Shown here: one piece after another, positions 27,326-34,509 of the stretch
How the letters are laid out: the number at the start of each line of letters is the position of its first letter
How positions within the stretch are numbered: the stretch's first letter is position 1
From: a virus
Lineage: Duplodnaviria; Caudoviricetes
Reading direction: 5' to 3' (one strand)
Length of the DNA: 56,900 nt
Virus record (IMG/VR): IMGVR_UViG_3300048597_000631
Span: 1 to 56,900 of that record
Position numbers and translations under genes: made by a program
Notes under the pieces: model-generated
What the model was told of the DNA's origin: nothing
Database searches by the model: none
The model's input: the letters and a program-made list of their open reading frames with translations, nothing else

Positions 27326-29043
27326 CAGTTCGGATACTGAATCAAACGCAGGTCAGGCCGCGGATCATGCTCCAGCTCGGCACCGAGCGCCTGCGCCGGC
27401 ACGCCCGGCGGCATGTTGCGCGCCGGCTGGTCAGTGAAGAAATCATCTCGGTATTGGAGCGACTTGCCCGCTGGCACATTCAGCAGCTCATACGGGATGC
27501 AGTTCGGGCCGGCGCCGGTGCAGGCAGACGCAATCGCGCCCGTTCGATCCGTGAAGCCCTTGTATGTGATCAGGCCGTTGGAAACCGTCGCGCCTGGGAT
27601 GCTGTCGGGGATCTGCCCAAACACGCCGTGCAGCTGGCGTTTGCTGTTGTCATTGCCGCATGTGTTGGCATACACGCGCCGGTTTTCGGCCAGGTTGTAG
27701 TTGTCAGCAGACGACAGGCCGGTGCACATCGAGATGCCATTGCGCGGCATGGCGCCGGCGGTGAAATAGTCCCAGGTGTCGGATGCCTGGATGCTGACGC
27801 TGAGCACCTGATCGTCGCAGGGATACCACGTCACGAAGTTGCGATTGCCGGTGGCGTTGTAATGGAGCTTGCCGTTGGTGCGGCACACCTCGGCGCCAAG
27901 CGGTTGGCCATCGAGAATGATCGTGCCGAAGTCCTGATGCCGGCCGGCGCGGATGATGCCGCAGCGCGCCGGGTTGCTGACCTCGCACACCCGCGCCTCG
28001 CCATAGAACGAATGCCGCTGTGCGTTGGCGTCCAGTTCAGAGCCGACGAAGTGCGACCACACGCGAATGTCGGTCACGCACAACTCAGAACCGAATACTG
28101 AACGGCAGGGCAGGCCTTCGCGCGTGAAGATCTTGTAACCCTGGTGCTTGCCGTTCGGCCACACATCGTTTTCCATCATGATGTGGCCGCCCGGCATCGT
28201 CATCGATGTCTGCCAGGGGTAGCCCAGCTCGAAGCCGCCCATGGTTTGATAGATGGCCGTACCGAACACGTCGTCGAGCGCGTGAGGATCCTGGCCGTGC
28301 TCATGATCGTAGTAACAGTTTTGCGCTGGGTCATACAACCCGTGCCACTTGCGCGGATCATGCACGGCACAACGCGTCACGCTCGCCGGCAGCGGTGTGG
28401 CTGCAATTGCCGGCGTCGCGGTCGGCGCCGGCATGTCTGTGGCAGGAATGGGCGTTGCGCTGGGTTGCGCCGTCGGCGCTGGGTTGCCGACAAAAAACAG
28501 GATCGTGCTGGGCGGGGTGATCTGCCGGCCTTCGGCGTCATATGCAGCCGCCGACAACGAGTAGCTGCCATTCGGGTATTGCCTCGTGTCCCAGCCAGCG
28601 GGCGCGCCTTGAAAATCACCGAAGTAGAAATATGGCGCGGCGCGCTCCGTGCGTGTGTCGGTCGATGCACCGCTCAAGGCGAACACCACGCTGGCCGGCG
28701 TGACGTTGTTCACAACAGCCTCGATGGCCACCACGCCGCTGATGGTCGTGCCGGCGGTGATGCCGCGGAAGATGATCGAGCCGGCCGGCGTCGCACTCGG
28801 TGATGGCGTCGACTGTGCCGTCGCGCCGTAGTTGGCCTGGATGACGGTGCTGAGCATCGTCACGTCTCGGATGTCCATCACGCCATCGTTGTTGACATCG
28901 AAGTGTGGGTCATAGCCATTCGGCACCTGCGCCGGCGGCGATGCCGATGCGGGCATCACAGCCGATGCCGCAATCAGCAGCACGCTGGCGATCAATGCCG
29001 CGCGCAATGCGAATCGTGAGGCCAATTGTTTTTCTCCTTTCAT
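27325..29043 (-). CDS. Secreted multidomain protein (dockerin/EF-hand-like, Ig-like, PT linker, Cys/His-rich domain)
   Basis: Signal peptide; 'DVNNDGVMDIRD'; 'WDTRQYPNGSYSL'; 'CYYDHEHGQDP'; AAGGAG SD. Confidence 0.7.
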   Translation of the reverse strand: MKGEKQLASRFALRAALIASVLLIAASAVMPASASPPAQVPNGYDPHFDVNNDGVMDIRDVTMLSTVIQANYGATAQSTPSPSATPAGSIIFRGITAGTTISGVVAIEAVVNNVTPASVVFALSGASTDTRTERAAPYFYFGDFQGAPAGWDTRQYPNGSYSLSAAAYDAEGRQITPPSTILFFVGNPAPTAQPSATPIPATDMPAPTATPAIAATPLPASVTRCAVHDPRKWHGLYDPAQNCYYDHEHGQDPHALDDVFGTAIYQTMGGFELGYPWQTSMTMPGGHIMMENDVWPNGKHQGYKIFTREGLPCRSVFGSELCVTDIRVWSHFVGSELDANAQRHSFYGEARVCEVSNPARCGIIRAGRHQDFGTIILDGQPLGAEVCRTNGKLHYNATGNRNFVTWYPCDDQVLSVSIQASDTWDYFTAGAMPRNGISMCTGLSSADNYNLAENRRVYANTCGNDNSKRQLHGVFGQIPDSIPGATVSNGLITYKGFTDRTGAIASACTGAGPNCIPYELLNVPAGKSLQYRDDFFTDQPARNMPPGVPAQALGAELEHDPRPDLRLIQYPN

Positions 29044-29072
29044 GTCTCTCCTTTGAAGATCACTTGTGAAGA

Positions 29073-29654
29073 TCACTTGAATACGCCTGGCCGCCGGTGC
29101 TTGATCGCGTCGATCAAGTCGCGCATGCGGTCCGTGTTGCGCATGTGCTGCACAAGGTGCATCGCGCGCGTCGGCGCACTGTCGCCGGCCAGCGAATCCC
29201 ACTTCACGCCGAGCTCGTAGGCCAGCGTTTGCAGTTCCTCCATGTCGAACCGATCCATCAACACATCCAGCACCTGGCCATCCGCCTGCACCGTGCTGGG
29301 CTGGTGGGCCAGCGCCGGCGAGTTGCGGACGTAGAAATCCATCACGAAGTCAAGTCGCGCCTGCATTCGCTTTTCAGCGTCTCTCGCGCGCGCCTCGGCC
29401 TGGATTGCGCGCTCCTCCGCCTCCTTCACCCGCTGCGTGTTCTCGGCGCGGATGGCGTTGATCTGCCGGGTGTGCTGTGTCTGGAGCCACGCGCCATAGG
29501 CCAGAAACGCTATGGCCTGCGAGCCGAACAGGAGCATGGCCTCCGGCACGGTCAAGATGAACGTGGCCGGGTCGGCCAGCTGCGTATAGAGGGCTGCAGG
29601 CGCGGCAGCCGCGCGCAATGAGGACGTGGCCAGAATGAGGAGGGGCATGAACAT
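29073..29654 (-). CDS. Membrane-anchored coiled-coil protein with C-terminal EAD7-like domain
   Basis: Hydrophobic N-terminus, coiled coil, then 'FDMEELQTLAYELGVKWDSLAG...AMHLV...RP'. Confidence 0.65.
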   Translation of the reverse strand: MFMPLLILATSSLRAAAAPAALYTQLADPATFILTVPEAMLLFGSQAIAFLAYGAWLQTQHTRQINAIRAENTQRVKEAEERAIQAEARARDAEKRMQARLDFVMDFYVRNSPALAHQPSTVQADGQVLDVLMDRFDMEELQTLAYELGVKWDSLAGDSAPTRAMHLVQHMRNTDRMRDLIDAIKHRRPGVFK

Positions 29655-29656
29655 GA

Positions 29657-29851
29657 TCAGGGACGTGGGATATACATTGCGCCAGCGTCGTCCGAGTCCC
29701 ACCAGCAGCTGCGCGCCACGATGCCGCGATACACCTCGACCGTCTGCGCCTCGCACTGCGCGCGCAGATGATGGAGCGTCAGGCAAAACACCAGCACGAT
29801 CATCAGGGTGAGCAGCACGCACGCGACGACGTAGTTCCACAAGTTCCTCAT
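29657..29851 (-). CDS. Small membrane protein
   Basis: One TM helix; 64 aa. Confidence 0.5.
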   Translation of the reverse strand: MRNLWNYVVACVLLTLMIVLVFCLTLHHLRAQCEAQTVEVYRGIVARSCWWDSDDAGAMYIPRP

Positions 29852-29878
29852 TGCGCAGACGCCGGCAGGCCGGCGCAG

Positions 29879-30289
29879 TCAAAATAGCTTGCCGCCCGCC
29901 GGCGATTCATTCAGCGTGACGGGCAGCCCGATCTCGCGCAACCGCTGGTCGTCACGCTGCGCATCGCGCAGCCGGCGCGCCGCGAGAAACACGCCGTCGG
30001 TCGACGCCAGGCTCAGCACCGCAGCGATCACCACGCCCAGCACGTAGTCGCCAATCGACTGCACATTGCACGCTGGCGCGCCCGTCACCACGCCGACGCA
30101 GCCGCCGGCGATGAACAGCGCGGCCAGCGCCAGCACAATGACGCCGCGCACAGACCGCTGCGCATCGGCGCCAAGCGCCTCAAAGCGCGCGCGGGTCTGC
30201 GGGATCAGCAGCGCAATCACCGTGAGGGTCACGCTGGTGGCCAACGTCAGGCCGGCTGCCGTGGTCAGGTCGAAAGTCGTGTTGGTCAA
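29879..30289 (-). CDS. Holin-like three-TM membrane protein
   Basis: Three hydrophobic helices and a charged C-terminus; AAGGAG SD before TTG. Confidence 0.55.
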   Translation of the reverse strand: MTNTTFDLTTAAGLTLATSVTLTVIALLIPQTRARFEALGADAQRSVRGVIVLALAALFIAGGCVGVVTGAPACNVQSIGDYVLGVVIAAVLSLASTDGVFLAARRLRDAQRDDQRLREIGLPVTLNESPAGGKLF

Positions 30290-30527
30290 GGGTTGTCTCC
30301 TTTGGCGCCGGCGCATCCTGTGACATGTTCTGTGGAGCGTCCTGCTCCAGGATGCGCAGCGGCTCCAATATCGTTGCGCGGCAGATTGCCTTTCGCCGGC
30401 CCGCGGCGGTCATGCCGGCGCACATCGCTACAAGTGCGATGTCCATCTCGTGATATGCGACCTGTTGGTCGCCCTGCTCGCGCTGCTCGATGAGCAGGGT
30501 TGCGCGAATAACGTGATAAGTCTTCAT
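30180..30527 (-). CDS. Hypothetical protein, paralog of 30849-31049
   Basis: First 52 aa near-identical to the upstream ORF. Confidence 0.5.
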   Translation of the reverse strand: MKTYHVIRATLLIEQREQGDQQVAYHEMDIALVAMCAGMTAAGRRKAICRATILEPLRILEQDAPQNMSQDAPAPKETTLDQHDFRPDHGSRPDVGHQRDPHGDCAADPADPRAL

Positions 30528-30538
30528 GCTTGCGAGTG

Positions 30539-30623
30539 GAAAAGCAGAAGCGGCGGCAACCTATCGTTGGATAGATTGCCGCCGCATGAATGCTGAACCG
30601 GCTATTGAATTGAATGAATTATA
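30539..30623 (-). promoter_or_regulatory. Repeated late leader, diverged copy D
   Basis: TATAAT at 30623-30618; GCGGCGGCAA...TTGCCGCCGC stem with a different upper stem and a U-G pair on the minus strand; U-tract. Confidence 0.65.
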
Positions 30624-30627
30624 TGCC

Positions 30628-30852
30628 TTATTCCGCCTCACTCATAAAGCGTCTGCTATCGAGATCATCGATCAACATCGTGGGCGCATCAGCGCGACGG
30701 TGTCGACGCACACGACACCATTCATACTGCACAAATATGCCTGCGCGCTCAAATGCACGCAGACCGCGCAGCAAGTTACGCACGAGTTCGCGCTCCTCAG
30801 GCGTTTGAGGTGTCAGGTCGGCGTCGGGCCTTCGAGAAGATTCTCTGGTCAT
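30628..30852 (-). CDS. Hypothetical protein
   Basis: ATGA-coupled to 30849-31049. Confidence 0.45.
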   Translation of the reverse strand: MTRESSRRPDADLTPQTPEERELVRNLLRGLRAFERAGIFVQYEWCRVRRHRRADAPTMLIDDLDSRRFMSEAE

Positions 30853-31049
30853 GTGGTGCATGTCGGCGCCGGCGCAGCGGACCCGAACCGCATCGTTGCG
30901 CGGCAGATTGCCTTTCGCCGGCCCGCGGCGGCCATGCCGGCGCACATCGCTTCAAGAGCGATGTCCATCTCGTGATGTGCGACCTGTTGGTCGCCCTGCT
31001 CGCGCTGCTCGATGAGCAAGGTTGCGCGGATGACGTAGTAGGTCTTCAT
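30849..31049 (-). CDS. Hypothetical protein, first gene of the late operon
   Basis: 66 aa, directly behind leader copy C. Confidence 0.55.
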   Translation of the reverse strand: MKTYYVIRATLLIEQREQGDQQVAHHEMDIALEAMCAGMAAAGRRKAICRATMRFGSAAPAPTCTT

Positions 31050-31059
31050 GTCTACGGGC

Positions 31060-31137
31060 GGAAAAGCAAAGCGGCGGCATTTCCGTGGAAATGCCGCCGC
31101 TGGTCTGCTGGCCGGTGATTTAGTTGAGGTGATTATA
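31060..31137 (-). promoter_or_regulatory. Repeated late leader, copy C (probable main late promoter)
   Basis: TATAAT at 31137-31132; element identical to copy B except in the apical bases. Confidence 0.75.
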
Positions 31138-31212
31138 TGCCCGTTTCGGCATCGTCACACCTTGAATGCATTGCACCGGCTGACCAAATCCCAAGATGGT
31201 TGTGCACAGGTA

Positions 31213-31241
31213 TTGACAAACCAAAGCGCTTGGGTTATCAT
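31213..31241 (+). promoter_or_regulatory. Sigma70 promoter of the + strand moron
   Basis: TTGACA-N17-TATCAT with a near-palindromic spacer. Confidence 0.7.
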
Positions 31242-31266
31242 CTGCACAACTCAAGGAGCAAACGCG

Positions 31267-32055
31267 ATGGCAAAGTTCACCAAAAACTACGGCAGCAACT
31301 GGGCGCTCGAATTGACCCCGGACGAACACAGAGCCGTGCAGTCCGGCAACACCGCTGTCACGGTTTACATGGCTGACGGCAGCAAAAAGACGATGACCGT
31401 GACGCGACACAAAGGCGGGCGCGAGCATGCCGGCAAGCAATATCATGGCTACGAGTTCATCGCCGACGAAAGGAAGCCCGTGCAGCAGGCCAAACCCACC
31501 CCGCAACCCCGCAAGGAAGCGCCAGTCATCCCCGCCAATGCTCAGAGCATTCAGCGCCGCTCCGCCGGCAAGGCCGACGGCTACGAGGTCGGCGCAATCA
31601 TGCGGCTGGGCAACGTCGCCGGCGGCGGCGGCCCCGATGGTCATTACTTCCGCGTGATCAGCGCCAGCAAGTATCGCGATGACGATTACGACGAGTGGTA
31701 TGCGACCGCCTATGTGGTGCCGGCGACCGATGCCGAAGCCGCGCCTGTGGCCGAGCGCATCGCGCGCAAGGCGGCCGCGAAGGCTGAAGCCGAAGCCTTG
31801 ATGCGCGCACTCGGCGCATCGAAGTCGGCCAGCATGCATCTTGACCAGGAGCCTGCCGGCGCGATGGTGACGCTGTGGGAAGATCGCCGCGCCGCCGGCA
31901 GCGAGGCATGGATCGCCATTGGTCAGCAGGTCTACTACACCCAGTCGAGCTACGATGACGGCCCCCGCTGGTGGGCCACAAGCGCGACCATTGAGCAGGT
32001 TGAGCAGGCAAAAGCCACCGGACTGATCCGCCCGAATCTGCTGTGGAGCAAATAA
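31267..32055 (+). CDS. Hypothetical protein
   Basis: AAGGAG SD, ATG at 31267. Confidence 0.7.
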   Translation: MAKFTKNYGSNWALELTPDEHRAVQSGNTAVTVYMADGSKKTMTVTRHKGGREHAGKQYHGYEFIADERKPVQQAKPTPQPRKEAPVIPANAQSIQRRSAGKADGYEVGAIMRLGNVAGGGGPDGHYFRVISASKYRDDDYDEWYATAYVVPATDAEAAPVAERIARKAAAKAEAEALMRALGASKSASMHLDQEPAGAMVTLWEDRRAAGSEAWIAIGQQVYYTQSSYDDGPRWWATSATIEQVEQAKATGLIRPNLLWSK

Positions 32056-32057
32056 TC

Positions 32058-32825
32058 ATGCAGGCAAGCGAACTCATCAACCGCCACCATCGCGTCATCC
32101 TCGCACGGCGCACTTATCGCCGCAATGGCGCATCCATGCTCGAAGCGACCAGCGCTGTCGCCGACGAGGGCAAACTGCTCGGCATCGAGCGCAACGAGAC
32201 GTGCATCGACCCCAAACACTGCCAGGTGCGCGTCAATGGCGAATGGATGGACTACGACGCAGAGCGCCCACCGGCAAACGCAGACCAGCGATGGGACGAG
32301 GGCGACCAAAGCTACGACCTGGTCACACGGTGGGTGCATGACCCGCTGGACGATGCGGCCTTCGCAGCTGAGACCGCGCGGCTGCTGGCCCTCCCCACGC
32401 ACACGCTGGAGGTGTGGCTCACGCCGATCCAGCGCGGGCGGGTGTCGCTCGCCGGCTCGCGCGACCGCTGGATCTATGCGACCGGCATGGGCGGGTATCT
32501 TGAGAATGCGCGCAGCGCATACGGCACCGCCGGCGAAGCCGAGGCCGCCGCCCGCGCACACCTGGAATCGCTGCGCGACGAGATCGCGCAGGGCATCCGA
32601 GCGATCTTTGCGCCGGTCGCTGATGTCACGATCCAGATGCCGCCCATCGGCATCGAGATCGTCGGCGATGCATCTCTCGTCTTCCCACAGCCACCACGAC
32701 GCGCCGAACGTCGCGCAATGGCTGCGGCGCTGGGTGCAGCTGGCGGCGGCAGCACCAGCGACGCCAAAGCCGCCGCGGCGCGCGCCAATGGTCGCAAGGG
32801 CGGCCGGCCACGGAAGCAGCCATGA
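32058..32825 (+). CDS. Hypothetical protein with C-terminal 'ANGRKGGRP' basic motif
   Basis: GGAG SD; AT-hook-like tail. Confidence 0.7.
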   Translation: MQASELINRHHRVILARRTYRRNGASMLEATSAVADEGKLLGIERNETCIDPKHCQVRVNGEWMDYDAERPPANADQRWDEGDQSYDLVTRWVHDPLDDAAFAAETARLLALPTHTLEVWLTPIQRGRVSLAGSRDRWIYATGMGGYLENARSAYGTAGEAEAAARAHLESLRDEIAQGIRAIFAPVADVTIQMPPIGIEIVGDASLVFPQPPRRAERRAMAAALGAAGGGSTSDAKAAAARANGRKGGRPRKQP

Positions 32826-33295
32826 GCGAAAAAACCGCGCCCGTCGGCACCTGCGACCATTGCGGCGGCTCCATCCACCCCGACGAGTGGTATACCCGGC
32901 GCGGCCCGCGCCGCTATTGTTGCCGGGACTGCAAAAACACAGCCAACAGCCGCGCCGGCGCGCCGATCCGCAGCGACAAAGGCAAGCAGCGCGTGGCCTT
33001 AGGCACTTGGACAAACCCGCGCGACGTGATGACGCAGGAGCAGATCAGCGCGGTACAATCGCAAGCCTCACGCAAGGCCCGGCTGCGCGAGGTGCGTGAA
33101 GGTCGCTGGCGCAACCCAGCGCTTGACGATGCCGCGCGAGAGAAGCTAAGCCGGCCCCGCAAGCATGTTGGCATCATCCATCGCGTGCTGGAGAAGCTGC
33201 GACTCGGCAGCGTGCGCGATCTCACCGACGAGGAGCGAGAAGCACACAACGCATACCGGCGTGATCTAGCCCAAAAGAAACGCGGCACTCAATGA
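32822..33295 (+). CDS. Zinc-finger DNA-binding protein
   Basis: CxxC...YCxxxC motif followed by basic helices. Confidence 0.65.
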   Translation: MSEKTAPVGTCDHCGGSIHPDEWYTRRGPRRYCCRDCKNTANSRAGAPIRSDKGKQRVALGTWTNPRDVMTQEQISAVQSQASRKARLREVREGRWRNPALDDAAREKLSRPRKHVGIIHRVLEKLRLGSVRDLTDEEREAHNAYRRDLAQKKRGTQ

Positions 33296-33316
33296 GTGCC
33301 GCGTTGTTTTCTTTTT
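33281..33316 (+). terminator. Intrinsic terminator
   Basis: CGCGGCACTCA-A-TGAGTGCCGCG followed by TTGTTTTCTTTTT. Confidence 0.75.
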
Positions 33317-33338
33317 CGTCCCCTGCCCTCATCTGCCC

Positions 33339-33602
33339 TCACCTGCCCCGCTCGTCATCCGGCACAAATGCGCCTGGGTCAAACTCATAGCGATAGGTCT
33401 TGTCACTACCGCGTGGCTTGAGTCTCACAGCGATCCACGCGCGTGTAAAGTCCACTGTGACTGCACGCCGCAAGCCGCGCAATTCCCGAATAGCGCGTTG
33501 CAGGTTGAGCACCAGCCCGTGCTCGACCGCGTCGGCGACGGTCACCGTTTGTGGGTATTGCATCGGCTGCGTGGGTTGCTGCGTATTTTGCGGGGAATTC
33601 AT
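33339..33602 (-). CDS. Hypothetical protein
   Basis: ATG directly behind hairpin copy E. Confidence 0.55.
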   Translation of the reverse strand: MNSPQNTQQPTQPMQYPQTVTVADAVEHGLVLNLQRAIRELRGLRRAVTVDFTRAWIAVRLKPRGSDKTYRYEFDPGAFVPDDERGR

Positions 33603-33614
33603 TGTTGCTAGTCC

Positions 33615-33646
33615 GCCGCCGGCATTTCCGTGGAAATGCCGGCGGC
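33615..33646. repeat. Hairpin copy E with CATTTCC-GT-GGAAATG core
   Basis: GCCGCCGGCATTTCC-GT-GGAAATGCCGGCGGC; no U-tract. Confidence 0.75.
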
Positions 33647-33901
33647 ATCCTGGAGGAGATGCGTCTTGCACCTTGATTGTCGGCAAAGAACGGGTGTTCT
33701 ACAACGGCGCTGACAGCAATTCAGCCTTTGGTCTGATATCCCTTTCGGCGCTTGTCTGCCTTGATCGGCTTTCCAGCCGGCGTCCACTGCCCGCGCCAGG
33801 CGATGCGCTGCCACCCCGCGCTGAGTTCGCGGCCATTACGGTCGAGCACCTGATACCAGGCGCGACCGCCGGCAACCCGGCGCACCATCAACGTGGTCGC
33901 T

Positions 33902-34171
33902 TCACTTAGAGGCATGTTCCACCTCACCCTTGTCATCCAGCCCGCCACGCGCCACAAACAACGCCGCCATGACGCGCGGGTTATATCCCTTGCCCTGGCC
34001 CAGCCCCATCTTTTCGTAAATTCGCGTGATGTGCGTCTTGAGCGTCTTCATCGAGATCACCAGCGCGCCGGCGATCTCGCGATCCGTCATCCCCAGCGCC
34101 AGCAGGCGCAGCACATCACATTCGCGCGCGGTCAACGGCGTCAGGATCGACACAGCGAGGGCGCGGGTCAC
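33902..34171 (-). CDS. LuxR-family HTH regulator
   Basis: 'LTARECDVLRLLALGMTDREIAGALVISMKTLKTHITRIYEKMG'. Confidence 0.85.
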   Translation of the reverse strand: MTRALAVSILTPLTARECDVLRLLALGMTDREIAGALVISMKTLKTHITRIYEKMGLGQGKGYNPRVMAALFVARGGLDDKGEVEHASK

Positions 34172-34509
34172 GGTTGCTCCTCGAGTTGATACCTGCCCTG
34201 GGCGATCTGCTCGCGCTGGCTGCGGATGCGCTGGCGCGACTGGTGCGCAGCTTTCAGCGCCGCCGGCGCCCAGGCCGGCACAAACTGGCGCGCGCCGGTT
34301 TTGCCCAGGCTGGCCAGCTCGCCGGCCTTCACCAGCTCGCGCAGGTAGTGCCGCACGTGGCTGGTCGATGCAATCTGCGTGGCGCTGCATATCTCGCGCA
34401 TGCTCGGCGGCCGGCAGTTGCTGACGAAGTAGCTTTCGATGAACGCAACGATCCTCGCGCGCCGTTCGTGGTTCACCTGGTAAGGCTTGAGGTTGTGGAC
34501 GTTCATCAT
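34168..34509 (-). CDS. LexA-type N-terminal wHTH protein (no peptidase domain)
   Basis: 'RIVAFIESY...PPSMREI...IASTSHVRHYLREL..AG'. Confidence 0.82.
   Translation of the reverse strand: MMNVHNLKPYQVNHERRARIVAFIESYFVSNCRPPSMREICSATQIASTSHVRHYLRELVKAGELASLGKTGARQFVPAWAPAALKAAHQSRQRIRSQREQIAQGRYQLEEQP

Larger units (their letters stand above)
30370..31050. repeat. ~160-bp direct repeat (30370-30528 / 30892-31050)
   Basis: Hand alignment shows about 10 substitutions. Confidence 0.9.

Noticed and set aside
30370-31050. Direct repeat as a DGR template/variable pair
   Set aside because: Mismatches are not confined to adenines of one copy, the repeat covers N-termini rather than a C-terminal lectin region, and no reverse transcriptase is present
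11559-33646. Repeated hairpins as a CRISPR array or mini-array
   Set aside because: Copies are mostly kilobases apart with no spacer periodicity, and there are no cas genes
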